NCBI GenBank assembly: GCA_947625165.1
Contig: CANQNH010000002.1
Coordinates: forward strand, 1 to 54,575
Reading direction: 5' to 3'
DNA from: an uncultured Clostridia bacterium
GTDB lineage: Bacteria; Bacillota; Clostridia; Christensenellales; UBA1242
DNA: 54,575 bases
Made by a program: the position numbers and the translations under genes. The notes under the pieces are model-generated. The model was not told the origin of the DNA, searched no databases, and worked only from the letters and a program-made list of their open reading frames with translations. The stretch's first letter is position 1; the number at the start of each line of letters is the position of its first letter. Shown piece by piece: positions 25,890-37,303 of the stretch.

Positions 25890-27908
25890 TTATTTTTTTG
25901 TTTTCTTCAAAAAATGCGTTGGTGTTTTGTCGCTTATGAAGAACAATTTGTGCAGCGCTCTTGTTGAGGAAACATACAAAAGATTTCTGTCAAGTTCGTT
26001 GTGATAGGTTGTTTCGTTTGCGAATGGAATAATCACGCAGTCAAATTCAACTCCCTTTGCCAAAGAAGGCGTGGTGATGATTTTTTTTGAAACCATTTTC
26101 CCTTTGTTGAGTTCTTTGAATTTTTTGATGAATGGGTTTCCCTTTTGAAGCAGCTTGACATCGTCCTCTGTTTTGCAAATTATGGCAATGCTTTGGCCGC
26201 GGTGTGATTTTTCATATTTTGAAACAATCTCTTCAATTTTTTGCGCAGTGTTTTTTGTTCTGAAAAATTCAACTTCCTCACCGTTGCGGTTGACATTGTT
26301 TGCAACTCTTCTGCCCAAAATTTTTTGCGATAAAAGAGAAATTTGCATTGTGCTGCGATATGAGCGAGAAAGATGTTTTATTTTTGAGTTTGTGCTTTTC
26401 GCAAGATTTGTCAAATATGTGTCTGGGAGGGTGCGGTCGATGCTTTGGTTTATGTCGCCAAGAAAAAGTTTGCCGCAATCCCAAATTTTGTTGAAAAGAT
26501 GAAAATGACAAGGAGTGTAGTCCTGCATCTCGTCCACAATGACATATTTTGCGTCAAAATTGTGCTTCAGCCCAAAAAGATTTTCCTTAATCAGCAGCAC
26601 GGGAGCGATGTCATAGGCGCTGATGGTCTCAACCTCTTCCAATCCAATGCTGCCAAGAAAGAGATTGTAAATTTTCAGCAGGTCGCTTGTCACAAATTTG
26701 TTATACAAAATTTTCTTTGCTCTCTTTTGCAAATCTGCACGAGTGCTTTGCGAAAGTCTGAATTTTTCTGTGATATATTCAGCAAGCACATCAACGCGTT
26801 TGTAAACAGGAAGATTTTTCATCCTTTCAAAAAAGATGTCTTCAAGTTCTTCTTTTGAAATGACAACATTCCCAAAAACAAGTGGTTTTGGAACAAACAA
26901 ATTGCACAAATCTTTTTTCAAGAACTTTTTCAGGTCGTTGAGAAACTCGAAACTTGATTTTATCGCAATATTTTCAAAATCCTTTTGTGACTGTTTGCTT
27001 ATCACGCGCTCCAGCATTTGCTCACGAGTTTCAAAATCTTGTCCAAGCAGGCGCTTTGCAAGAGTGGCAAAGGTGATTGTGAAGGATTTTTCTTCGCCAA
27101 GAGATGGCAAAACCTCACTGAGATAGTCAGAAAACAACTCGTTTGGAGACAAAATCAAAATGTCCTCGCTTTTGAGAGTGTTTCGATATTTGTATAGAAG
27201 ATAGGAAACACGATGCATCGCAATTGATGTTTTTCCAGAGCCTGCCACTCCTTGCACAATCGTGTTGGAAAAATCGTCCGAACGAATGAGCACATTTTGC
27301 TCTTTTTGAATGGTTGAGGCAATCTCGTGCATCTTTGAGGTGGCATTCTGCGAAAGTTGTTCCATCAAAATGTCATCGTCAATCAACATTTTGCTGTCGA
27401 TGTAATATGACAACTCGCCATTTTCAATTTTGAATTGGCGTTTCAATTTCAAATCGCCTTCAACAACTCCATCTTGGCAAGAATAGGAAGTTTTTCCAAG
27501 CGTGTCATCATAATAAAGCGAGCATATGTCGGCACGCCAATCATAGACAAGATTTTGATTGTCATCTTGAATTGCACCAAGTCCGATGTAAAACGGCTGA
27601 GCATTTTCCTGCCCGTTTTCTTTGAAATCAAATCTTCCAAAATATGCGTTCTTTTTTTGTTTTGCAAGTCTTTCGTTGTTTTTGCTTAGGAGGATGTTTT
27701 GCTGCTCGATGTTTTCAATCTGTTGGTTGACATTTGCAAGTTCGTCTTTGGTGACTTCATAATAATAGGTTGTGAAATATTTTTTTGCTTTTTGGATTTC
27801 TTCTTTGTTTCTTTCAATATTTCTCAAATTCAAAGAATGCTTTTTGTCGATAACTTTCAAAACGCTTTCCAAAACTTTTTTTTCTTGTTCCAAAACTTCT
27901 TTGTCCAT
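25890..27908 (-). CDS. helD: HelD / helicase IV-type UvrD-like ATPase (RNA polymerase-associated in Bacillota)
   Basis: The N-terminal coiled coil is followed by AYFGRFDF...FYIGLGAI...VYDWRADICSLYY. Walker A VQGVAGSGKTS, VIVDEMQDY, and C-terminal GVEFDCVII...LLYVSSTRALHKL. 672 aa. Confidence 0.85.
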   Translation of the reverse strand: MDKEVLEQEKKVLESVLKVIDKKHSLNLRNIERNKEEIQKAKKYFTTYYYEVTKDELANVNQQIENIEQQNILLSKNNERLAKQKKNAYFGRFDFKENGQENAQPFYIGLGAIQDDNQNLVYDWRADICSLYYDDTLGKTSYSCQDGVVEGDLKLKRQFKIENGELSYYIDSKMLIDDDILMEQLSQNATSKMHEIASTIQKEQNVLIRSDDFSNTIVQGVAGSGKTSIAMHRVSYLLYKYRNTLKSEDILILSPNELFSDYLSEVLPSLGEEKSFTITFATLAKRLLGQDFETREQMLERVISKQSQKDFENIAIKSSFEFLNDLKKFLKKDLCNLFVPKPLVFGNVVISKEELEDIFFERMKNLPVYKRVDVLAEYITEKFRLSQSTRADLQKRAKKILYNKFVTSDLLKIYNLFLGSIGLEEVETISAYDIAPVLLIKENLFGLKHNFDAKYVIVDEMQDYTPCHFHLFNKIWDCGKLFLGDINQSIDRTLPDTYLTNLAKSTNSKIKHLSRSYRSTMQISLLSQKILGRRVANNVNRNGEEVEFFRTKNTAQKIEEIVSKYEKSHRGQSIAIICKTEDDVKLLQKGNPFIKKFKELNKGKMVSKKIITTPSLAKGVEFDCVIIPFANETTYHNELDRNLLYVSSTRALHKLFFISDKTPTHFLKKTKK

Positions 27909-28193
27909 CCAAACACACCTCTGCCAGATTTCTTTTGAAAAATCAAAAAATTTGATTTTTTTATGTTTTTTGCTGTTTTTTTTAATTTTTTTCTTATTTT
28001 TTTATATTTTTTGTTATTTTTAATTGTTTTTTTTATTTATTTTTTTTTCAGTCAAGCAAATAAATTTAATATAGTTTTTTATTTCTTTTATTTTTTATTT
28101 AATTTATTTATCTTTTTTATTAACAAAATTTTTTGTTTTTTTATGAGATTTTTATTTCTTTATTTTTCTTTTTAAGATAAAGAAAGAAGATGG

Positions 28194-30824
28194 TCAGTCT
28201 TCTTTCTCATCAGTTGGGTTGGAGTTTTCTTCTTGTTCATTTTCAAGTTCCTCTTCTTCAACTTCAACGCTTTCTTCACCATTTTCTTCAGCGGTGCTGT
28301 CCAAAATTGCTTGTCCTTCTTCGCTGGCAAATTCAGTTTCTTCTGCGGAGAGTTCTTCTTCCTCTTCCTTTTCTGTCAGAGCAACGCTTGTGATTTTTGC
28401 ATCGTTTTTCAATCTCATAATTTTCACGCCTTGGCTCACTCTTGAAAAATGACTTATGCCGTCAACAGGGGTGCGGATGATGATGCCGCTGTCGGTTATC
28501 ACAAGAAGGTCGCACGGGCTGTCGATTTGTTTGAGAGAAATAAGATTTCCGGTTTTTTCATTGAATGTGCCTGCCTTTATGCCACTGCCGCCACGCTGTT
28601 GCAAACGAAATTCGCTGACAGAAGAAAGTTTGCCATAGCCTTTTTCAGAAATTGTCAAAATTTGAGCATCCTCATTTACGATTGCCATATCAACAATATG
28701 GTCGTTTGCCGCAAGTTTCATACTGCGCACGCCTTGACTGTCGCGGCCAACTTCGCGGACATCAGTTTCGTTGAAGCGGATGCACTTGCCACTGTATGAG
28801 CCAAGAAGAACATCGTCTCTGCCGGTTGTGATGTTGACGCCGATGAGTTCATCGCCTTCCAAAAGTTTTATGGCAATTTTTCCGCCTTTTCGAATGTTTT
28901 CATATTCTGAAAGCGGTGTTTTTTTGATGAGGCCATTTCGAGTTGCCATCAAAAGATTTCCTTTGCTGTCTTTCTTGACAGGAATGATTGTGTTGACTTT
29001 TTCTCCAAGTGAAAGTTGAAGAAGGTTGATGATTGCACGACCTTTTGACTGTCTTTGTGCCTCTGGAATTTCATACGCTTTGGCGCTGTAAACTTTTCCA
29101 AGATTTGTGAAGAACAGCAGTGTGTCGTGGGTTGATGTGACAAACATCTTCTCAACAAAGTCTTCATCCTTTGTTTTGTGAGCGGTTATGCCCACTCCGC
29201 CGCGATGTTGTGCTTTATATTCATCTGTGCCCATTCTCTTCACATAGCCAAGGTGTGTCATTGAAATGATGACATCCTCTTCGGCGATGAGGTCCTCAAC
29301 ATCAATTCCGCCCAAATCCATTGAGATTTCGGTTTTTCTTGCGTCTCCATAGGTGTTTTTAACCTCTTCCAAATCGTCACGCACAATTTTCAGCACGCGC
29401 ACCGGCTTTTCCAAAATGTCTTTCAGGTCAATTATTGTTGCTTCCAAAATGGCAAGTTCGTCTTTCAGTTTCTCAACTTCAAGGCTTGTCAGTTTTGAAA
29501 GGCGCATTTCAAGAATGGCATTGGCTTGAGTTTCGTCAAGTTCAAATTTTGTTGTCAGGTTGACGCAAGCATCGTTTCTGTCTTTCGAATTTTTGATTGT
29601 TTGCACAACTTCATCAATGCTGGCAAGCGCAATCACAAGACCCTTGACAATATGCTCGCGCTCTTCGGCTTTTTTCAGGTCAAATTTCGTTTTTCGAACG
29701 CAAACTTCTTTCTGGTGTTCAAGATAATAGAATAACATTTCCTTCAAATTCAGCACGCGTGGCTCGCCGTTGACAAGGGCAAGCATAATCAAGCCGCTTG
29801 ATTGTTGAAGCATTGTGTGTTTATATAGCGAATTGAGAACAACTTGTGCATTTGCGTCTTTCTTGATGTCAACCACAACGCGAAGTCCATCGCGGTCACT
29901 TTCATCGCGAAGGTCACTTATGCCGTCAAGTTTTTTGTTTTTGACCATATCTGCAATTTGGGCAACAAAACGCGCTTTATTGACGCCATATGGAAGTTCG
30001 GTGATGACAATTCGTTGTCTGCCGGTGGCAGTTTCGTCAATTTCTGCCCTTCCGCGCACCAAAATGCCGCCGCGACCTGTTTTATAGGCGTGTTTGACTG
30101 CTGTGCGTCCCATAATGATGCCGCCTGTTGGATAGTCAGGTGCAGGGATGATTTTGATGAGTTCGTCAATGTCGATGTCTGGGTTGTCAATGAGCGCTTG
30201 AACGCCGTTTATGACCTCCGTCAAGTTGTGAGGAGGAATGTTGGTTGCCATTCCGACAGCGATGCCGTCTGCACCATTCACAAGCAGGTTCGGAAATCTT
30301 GATGGCAACACTTTTGGTTGCATCAAGGTGTCATCAAAGTTTGGATAGAAATCCACAGTTTCTTTTTCGATGTCTTGCAGCATCAGTCCGGCAATTTTTG
30401 AAAGGCGGGCTTCGGTGTATCTCATCGCAGCGGCGGGGTCACCATCCACAGAGCCAAAGTTTCCGTGACCGTCAACAAGAGGATAGCGAATTGAAAAGTC
30501 CTGTGCAAGTCTGACAAGTGCGTCATAGATTGAACTGTCGCCGTGAGGGTGATATTTTCCCATAACTTCGCCGACAATACGCGCACTTTTCTTGTGCGGA
30601 CTGTTGTAGAAATTGTTGAGTTCTCCCATCGAATACAAAATTCTGCGGTGAACGGGTTTCAATCCATCGCGAACATCTGGGATGGCACGGCTGACATTGA
30701 CCGCCATAGCATAGGATATGAACGACTTTTTCAGTTCGCCCACAACTTCGATTGGTTGAACTTTCTCGTTGTCAAGAAGTTCCTTCAAATTTTGTCTGTT
30801 TAATTCGTCATCTTTCTTGCTCAT
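28194..30824 (-). CDS. gyrA: DNA gyrase subunit A, with a ~60-aa acidic C-terminal tail
   Basis: [20 protein letters not shown], active-site region [11 protein letters not shown], beta-pinwheel CTD. 876 aa. Confidence 0.97.
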   Translation of the reverse strand: MSKKDDELNRQNLKELLDNEKVQPIEVVGELKKSFISYAMAVNVSRAIPDVRDGLKPVHRRILYSMGELNNFYNSPHKKSARIVGEVMGKYHPHGDSSIYDALVRLAQDFSIRYPLVDGHGNFGSVDGDPAAAMRYTEARLSKIAGLMLQDIEKETVDFYPNFDDTLMQPKVLPSRFPNLLVNGADGIAVGMATNIPPHNLTEVINGVQALIDNPDIDIDELIKIIPAPDYPTGGIIMGRTAVKHAYKTGRGGILVRGRAEIDETATGRQRIVITELPYGVNKARFVAQIADMVKNKKLDGISDLRDESDRDGLRVVVDIKKDANAQVVLNSLYKHTMLQQSSGLIMLALVNGEPRVLNLKEMLFYYLEHQKEVCVRKTKFDLKKAEEREHIVKGLVIALASIDEVVQTIKNSKDRNDACVNLTTKFELDETQANAILEMRLSKLTSLEVEKLKDELAILEATIIDLKDILEKPVRVLKIVRDDLEEVKNTYGDARKTEISMDLGGIDVEDLIAEEDVIISMTHLGYVKRMGTDEYKAQHRGGVGITAHKTKDEDFVEKMFVTSTHDTLLFFTNLGKVYSAKAYEIPEAQRQSKGRAIINLLQLSLGEKVNTIIPVKKDSKGNLLMATRNGLIKKTPLSEYENIRKGGKIAIKLLEGDELIGVNITTGRDDVLLGSYSGKCIRFNETDVREVGRDSQGVRSMKLAANDHIVDMAIVNEDAQILTISEKGYGKLSSVSEFRLQQRGGSGIKAGTFNEKTGNLISLKQIDSPCDLLVITDSGIIIRTPVDGISHFSRVSQGVKIMRLKNDAKITSVALTEKEEEEELSAEETEFASEEGQAILDSTAEENGEESVEVEEEELENEQEENSNPTDEKED

Positions 30825-30993
30825 AGTTTTTTCCTTAAAATTTTATTTTTGAATTGTTTTTGTCGCTTTTTTGATTTTGTCAATTGTTTTAATTGCTTTT
30901 TGTTTTGCTTTCTTTTTTTGGGGTTTTGTTTCTTTAATTGTTTTTGTTGATTGTCTTGATTTTTCTTAATTTTTCATTGATTTGTTGTTTGTT

Positions 30994-31380
30994 TCAATGC
31001 TTTTCTTTCACTTTTCCTTTGTTTTGCGGTTTGTCAAGATTTTTCTTGTCAACTTGAAGTTCAAGATTGTGATTTTTGCATCTTTCTTTGCCTCGCTCAA
31101 CCTTGAAATCCTTCCACTTTTTCACTTCATCCCAAATGTCAAACATATATTCCAATTCCTCAACGCAAAGTTTGACATCGGCAATCTCCTCGCTTATGTG
31201 AGCAATCAGCGCCTTTCGTTCTACTTCTGTTGCGTTTGTGCGCTTGCGAAGATATTTCCCAACCGCTTGCGCAAGTTCTCCCATCTCTTCAAACAGGAGA
31301 GTGTATTGCATATCTTCTCCGAAAATGTCCAAATAGTTTTTGTAAACGCTTTCGTCCTCTTCCATAAGTTTGTTTTTCAT
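30994..31380 (-). CDS. MazG-like all-alpha NTP pyrophosphohydrolase (small, with a K-rich tail)
   Basis: LLFEEMGELAQAVGKY and HISEEIADVKLCVEELEYMF match the paired EExxE / ExxD helices of MazG-like proteins. 128 aa. Confidence 0.6.
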   Translation of the reverse strand: MKNKLMEEDESVYKNYLDIFGEDMQYTLLFEEMGELAQAVGKYLRKRTNATEVERKALIAHISEEIADVKLCVEELEYMFDIWDEVKKWKDFKVERGKERCKNHNLELQVDKKNLDKPQNKGKVKEKH

Positions 31381-31397
31381 ATCATTCTCCGAAAATT

Positions 31398-31685
31398 TTA
31401 TTGTTCGTGAAAAATTATCTCTTTCCCGTGCGATTTGGCATACTCAATTTCGCCGCGGCAACTTTCACCGATATAACCACCAATATTCACAACATAGATG
31501 GCGTCCGACAGGTCGATTTTCTTTCGATGAATTTTGTCAAGAAGTTTGTGTTCCTCTTCGGTGACGTTGCCAAGGTTGTATATGCACTGGATGACGCACC
31601 AACCTTTCTTCATTTGCAGGTCTGCAGCAACTTTCATCATCTCTTCTTGAAACTTCAAACTTCCACAAATTGTCACAACTTTCAT
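31398..31685 (-). CDS. Small nucleoside 2-deoxyribosyltransferase-like (Rossmann-like) protein
   Basis: Start ATG 31685 follows GAGGG, 13 nt after the gyrB stop. MKVVTICGSLKF...HRKKIDLSDAIYVVNIGGYIGESCRGEIEYAKSHGKEI fits the NDT/DNPH1-like pattern. 95 aa. The ORF track extends it to 31808, inside gyrB. Confidence 0.5.
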   Translation of the reverse strand: MKVVTICGSLKFQEEMMKVAADLQMKKGWCVIQCIYNLGNVTEEEHKLLDKIHRKKIDLSDAIYVVNIGGYIGESCRGEIEYAKSHGKEIIFHEQ

Positions 31686-31698
31686 TTCCGTTTTGCCC

Positions 31699-33789
<2,091 letters not shown>

Positions 33790-33950
33790 CTATATTATAT
33801 AATATAATAGGAATAAAAAACAAGTGTTTTTTCGAAAAAAAAGAAGTTTTGGACAATGATTTTGACATATTTGACGCAATTCAAATCCATTTTGGCACAT
33901 TGTGACATAAAGATTGATTTGTTTTTCTGTAAGGGCATCAATTTTTAAAC

Positions 33951-33988
33951 AAAAAAACGCCAAACTTTCGTTTTTTTGAGAGTTTGGC
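33951..33988 (-). terminator. Intrinsic terminator downstream of the tRNA remnant
   Basis: Minus strand GCCAAACT-(14-nt loop)-AGTTTGGC followed by GTTTTTTT. Confidence 0.55.
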
Positions 33989-34000
33989 ATTTGAACTGTT

Positions 34001-34062
34001 TGGTTGCACGAGGGCAGGATTTGAACATGCTCCCGACAACGAGGTTATATCTTGCGATATGA
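34001..34062 (-). pseudogene. Decayed, internally deleted copy of the adjacent tRNA-fMet gene
   Basis: tggttgcACgagggcaggatttgaacAtgc compares with tggttgcgagggcaggatttgaacCtgc of the intact gene. It shares the ...gcgatatg 5' flank. The acceptor is disrupted by a 2-nt insertion, no anticodon arm can be drawn, and only about 56 nt remain. Confidence 0.6.
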
Positions 34063-34068
34063 CCCGGA

Positions 34069-34109
34069 TAAAAAAAGCCTAAATCAAACACTTGGCTTAA
34101 TTTAGGCTT
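34069..34109 (-). terminator. Intrinsic terminator directly after tRNA-fMet
   Basis: Minus strand AAGCCTAAAT-(15-nt loop)-ATTTAGGCTT, a perfect 10-bp stem, followed by TTTTTTAT. Confidence 0.7.
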
Positions 34110-34114
34110 ACATT

Positions 34115-34191
34115 TGGTTGCGAGGGCAGGATTTGAACCTGCGACCTCCGGGTTATGAGCCCAGCGAGCTTCCGAGCTGCTCTACCTCGCG
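34115..34191 (-). tRNA. Initiator tRNA-fMet(CAU)
   Basis: Reverse complement is CGCGAGGTAGAGCAGCTCGGAAGCTCGCTGGGCTCATAACCCGGAGGTCGCAGGTTCAAATCCTGCCCTCGCAACCA. It shows the C1:A72 mismatch and the GGG/CCC anticodon stem that are hallmarks of bacterial initiators. Confidence 0.9.
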
Positions 34192-34201
34192 ATATGCTGA
34201 T

Positions 34202-34231
34202 ATTCTACAATATTCATATGCTTTTTGTCAA
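34202..34231 (-). promoter_or_regulatory. Sigma-A type promoter for tRNA-fMet
   Basis: Minus strand TTGACA (34231-34226), 18 nt, TAGAAT (34207-34202). It lies 10 nt before the tRNA 5' end. Confidence 0.55.
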
Positions 34232-34513
34232 GCAAATTTTTCAAAATTTTTGCTTTATGGGCAAAAAAATGGCGGTTTTGGCAGGGGAAGAGCGCGTGTT
34301 TAAACAAAATTTGTTTGATTTTCTCTTTTGTGTTGTGTTATGCTTGATTTTGAAAGTGAAAAAAAACAAAACCTGCAAAAAGATGGAAATACATTGTTTC
34401 TGGCTGCAACAACACAAATTTGACCAATTTTGCATCAAAGAAAGATTGATGAGTTTTGTGGAAGGTTATTGTTACGAATAAAACGAAACTTGAAAAATCA
34501 AAAGGAGGAAAAA

Positions 34514-35242
34514 ATGAAAAAGGTTGTTTTGATAACGGGTGGGGCAACAGGCATTGGCAAGGCAACAGTTTTGGAGTTTGCCAAACACGGCTGGGATGTT
34601 GTTTTGAATTATTATAAAAGCGAAAAGGCCGCACGCAAACTTGCCAAAGAGGTTGAAGAGAAGTTTGGCACTGAGGTGTTGCCTTTTCAGGCGGATGTTT
34701 CTGATGAAAAACAGGTGAAATCAATGGTCTTGGCGGCGGTGAAAAAGTTTGGCAGAATTGACAGTGTTGTCAACAATGCCGGAATGGTTCTTGACAGAGA
34801 TTTTGAGAAAATCACTGCTCAAGAGTTTAAGCGCGTTTTGGAAGTCAATTTGATTGGACCTTTTCTTGTTTCGCGGGAGGCGGCAAGGCATATGAAAAAA
34901 GGCGCAAGCATCGTCAATGTTTCGTCAACAAATGGCACAAAAACAATTTCTCCCGAGTGCTTGGACTATAACGCCTCCAAAGTTGGACTTCAAAGTTTGA
35001 CACGGGATTTGGCGTTTCATTTCAAGCCAAACATACGTGTCAACGCAGTGGCGATTGGCTGGGCGGACACCGATATGAACAAGGACTTGCCAAAGGAATA
35101 TGTTGCTGAAGAAAACGCAAAAATTTGGCTCGGGAAATTTGCAAAGCCAGAGCAAATTGCATCTGCGATATATTTTCTCTGTGATGATGCATCAAGTTAT
35201 GTCAATGGCGAAGTGCTGGTTGTTGATGGTGGCTATTGCTGA
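34514..35242 (+). CDS. Short-chain dehydrogenase/reductase (FabG-like)
   Basis: AGGAGG precedes ATG 34514. TGGATGIGKA, NNAG, and catalytic S...YNASK. 242 aa. The ORF track extends it to 34430. Confidence 0.85.
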   Translation: MKKVVLITGGATGIGKATVLEFAKHGWDVVLNYYKSEKAARKLAKEVEEKFGTEVLPFQADVSDEKQVKSMVLAAVKKFGRIDSVVNNAGMVLDRDFEKITAQEFKRVLEVNLIGPFLVSREAARHMKKGASIVNVSSTNGTKTISPECLDYNASKVGLQSLTRDLAFHFKPNIRVNAVAIGWADTDMNKDLPKEYVAEENAKIWLGKFAKPEQIASAIYFLCDDASSYVNGEVLVVDGGYC

Positions 35243-35399
35243 TGAAAAAATCCAATTTTTGAAGGCGTTTTGAATTTTAAAAGAGAGAAAGCGACAAAAA
35301 AATGGCGGCACGAAATGACCGCGAAAAAACAGCAAAAAAAACAAAAGAAAACGCGTGCACGGCAAAATTTTGCAAAAAAACGCAAAAAAAAACCACTCA

Positions 35400-36131
35400 T
35401 CAAAAGACAAGTGGCAGGAAAATCAAAATCATTGAAAGACCATAAAGAAGATGATTGAATTTGTTTGGACGATATATTTCCAAGAGGATATGTGCTGAAT
35501 ATGCCAGCATTCCAAGTGCAAACAATGATGTTGTCAAATCAAATTGCAACGACACTGATGCAAGAAGAGCCGCAACAAGCAATCCGACACTTAGGAAATT
35601 GAGTTTTTCCAGAAACTTCCAAATGCTTGAAATCTCTTCTTTTTTGATGATAAAGTCCAAAAATATGAGTGCAACACCGATGAACAGTCCAACCAAAAAG
35701 ATTGCAAAGTTTTCGCGACCAAGATAAAGCGAACAAAATGTCAGGCAGAATGTGGAGGCGATGTAAGATGCACTCTTCAAAAGTGTTTTCAAAGTGGATT
35801 TTTTGTTCTCAAGTTTTCTCGAAATTGTTTCGTCATTGTTCAAGCCTGCTTGTTGCTGTTGTGGCAGGGGTTGGCTTTCTTGTTTTTGTTTTTCTTCCTC
35901 TTTGCTGGTCAGCAAAGTGAGGAAAAGTGGAAGAATGGAAATTATTGCCAAAATTGAAAACCCGTTGTATTGATTTTGCACCGCGCTGCAACTTAGCCCC
36001 ACACAAACGATGGCGACAAAATATAGTGTTTTCAAAAGCAAGAAAAACGGGCTTTCTTTTTTGACAAAACACAACAAAATGCCAATTATTATTGTTGCAA
36101 CCAACATCAAAACAGCAACTGCAATCAACAT
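35400..36131 (-). CDS. Hypothetical polytopic membrane protein (about 6 TM, central Q/E/K-rich loop)
   Basis: 243-aa ORF with hydrophobic segments throughout and its own promoter. I recognise no family motif. Confidence 0.55.
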   Translation of the reverse strand: MLIAVAVLMLVATIIIGILLCFVKKESPFFLLLKTLYFVAIVCVGLSCSAVQNQYNGFSILAIISILPLFLTLLTSKEEEKQKQESQPLPQQQQAGLNNDETISRKLENKKSTLKTLLKSASYIASTFCLTFCSLYLGRENFAIFLVGLFIGVALIFLDFIIKKEEISSIWKFLEKLNFLSVGLLVAALLASVSLQFDLTTSLFALGMLAYSAHILLEIYRPNKFNHLLYGLSMILIFLPLVF

Positions 36132-36137
36132 ATCACA

Positions 36138-36167
36138 ATTATAACCAATTTTCTTTCATTTGTCCAA
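36138..36167 (-). promoter_or_regulatory. Sigma-A type promoter placed for a leaderless transcript
   Basis: Minus strand TTGGAC (36167-36162), 18 nt, TATAAT (36143-36138), then 6 nt and ATG (36131). There is no SD. Confidence 0.5.
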
Positions 36168-36195
36168 CAAAATTGCGGTTTTTCGGTTTAAAGTT

Positions 36196-37212
36196 TCAGG
36201 ATTTGAAGCCATTTGGATTGTTTTTCTGCCAATTCCAAGCATCGCGACACATATCTTCAATGCCGTGCTCTGCCTTCCAGCCGAGTTCTTTCTTGGCTTT
36301 TTCAGCGCTGGAATAGCAAATCGCGATGTCGCCATCCCTCTTTGGCTTGATGGAATATGGAATTTTCACATCGTTCACCTTTTGGAAAGTGTTGACAATT
36401 TCCAGAACACTGTAACCTTTTCCCGTGCCAAGATTGTAGATTGAAAGGCCGGAGTTTTCTTTTATTTTTTGCAGTGCCTTGACATGCCCTTTTGCAAGGT
36501 CAACAACGTGAATATAGTCCCTCACACCTGTTCCGTCAGGGGTGTTGTAGGTGTTGCCAAAAACCCCAAGTTCTTTTTGTTTTCCAACTGCAACTTGCGT
36601 GATGTATGGCATCAAATTGTTTGGAATTCCGTTTGGATCTTCGCCAATCAATCCGCTTTGGTGCGCGCCGATTGGATTGAAATATCTCAGCAACACAACG
36701 TTCCACGATTTGTCAGCGTTTTGAATGTCAGTCAAAATTTGCTCCAACATATATTTTGTCCAGCCATATGGGTTGGTGCATTGTCCTTTTGGGCACTCCT
36801 CGGTGATTGGAACGGTTGCAGGGTTGCCATACACCGTTGCGGAGGAAGAAAAGATGATGTTTTTCACATTGTGACTTTCCATAACTTCCAAAAGTGTCAG
36901 TGTTCCGCAGATGTTGTTGTGATAATATCTCCAAGGCTGCTTGACAGATTCTCCAACTGCTTTAAGCCCAGCAAAATGAATGACGCAGTCAAAGTGCTCG
37001 CTGTCAAAAATCTTTGACAAAGCCTCTTTGTCCAAGATGTCAACTTTGAAGAATTTGACCTTCTTTTTTGTTATCTGAAAAATCCTTTCGATTGATTTTT
37101 CACTTGAATTGCAAAGATTGTCAACCACAACAACATCATAGCCTGCATTTTGCAGTTCGACAACCGTGTGAGAGCCGATGTAACCTGCTCCACCTGTGAC
37201 CAAAATTTTCAT
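36196..37212 (-). CDS. galE: UDP-glucose 4-epimerase
   Basis: GAGGAGG precedes ATG 37212. [33 protein letters not shown] (YxxxK). 338 aa. Confidence 0.9.
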   Translation of the reverse strand: MKILVTGGAGYIGSHTVVELQNAGYDVVVVDNLCNSSEKSIERIFQITKKKVKFFKVDILDKEALSKIFDSEHFDCVIHFAGLKAVGESVKQPWRYYHNNICGTLTLLEVMESHNVKNIIFSSSATVYGNPATVPITEECPKGQCTNPYGWTKYMLEQILTDIQNADKSWNVVLLRYFNPIGAHQSGLIGEDPNGIPNNLMPYITQVAVGKQKELGVFGNTYNTPDGTGVRDYIHVVDLAKGHVKALQKIKENSGLSIYNLGTGKGYSVLEIVNTFQKVNDVKIPYSIKPKRDGDIAICYSSAEKAKKELGWKAEHGIEDMCRDAWNWQKNNPNGFKS

Positions 37213-37303
37213 ATAAATCCTCCTCTTTTTCGTTTTTTTCAAAAATTTTTGTTTTTTTTCAATAAAAATTCACTTTTTTTCAAAAATTTTTTGAATTTTC
37301 ACA

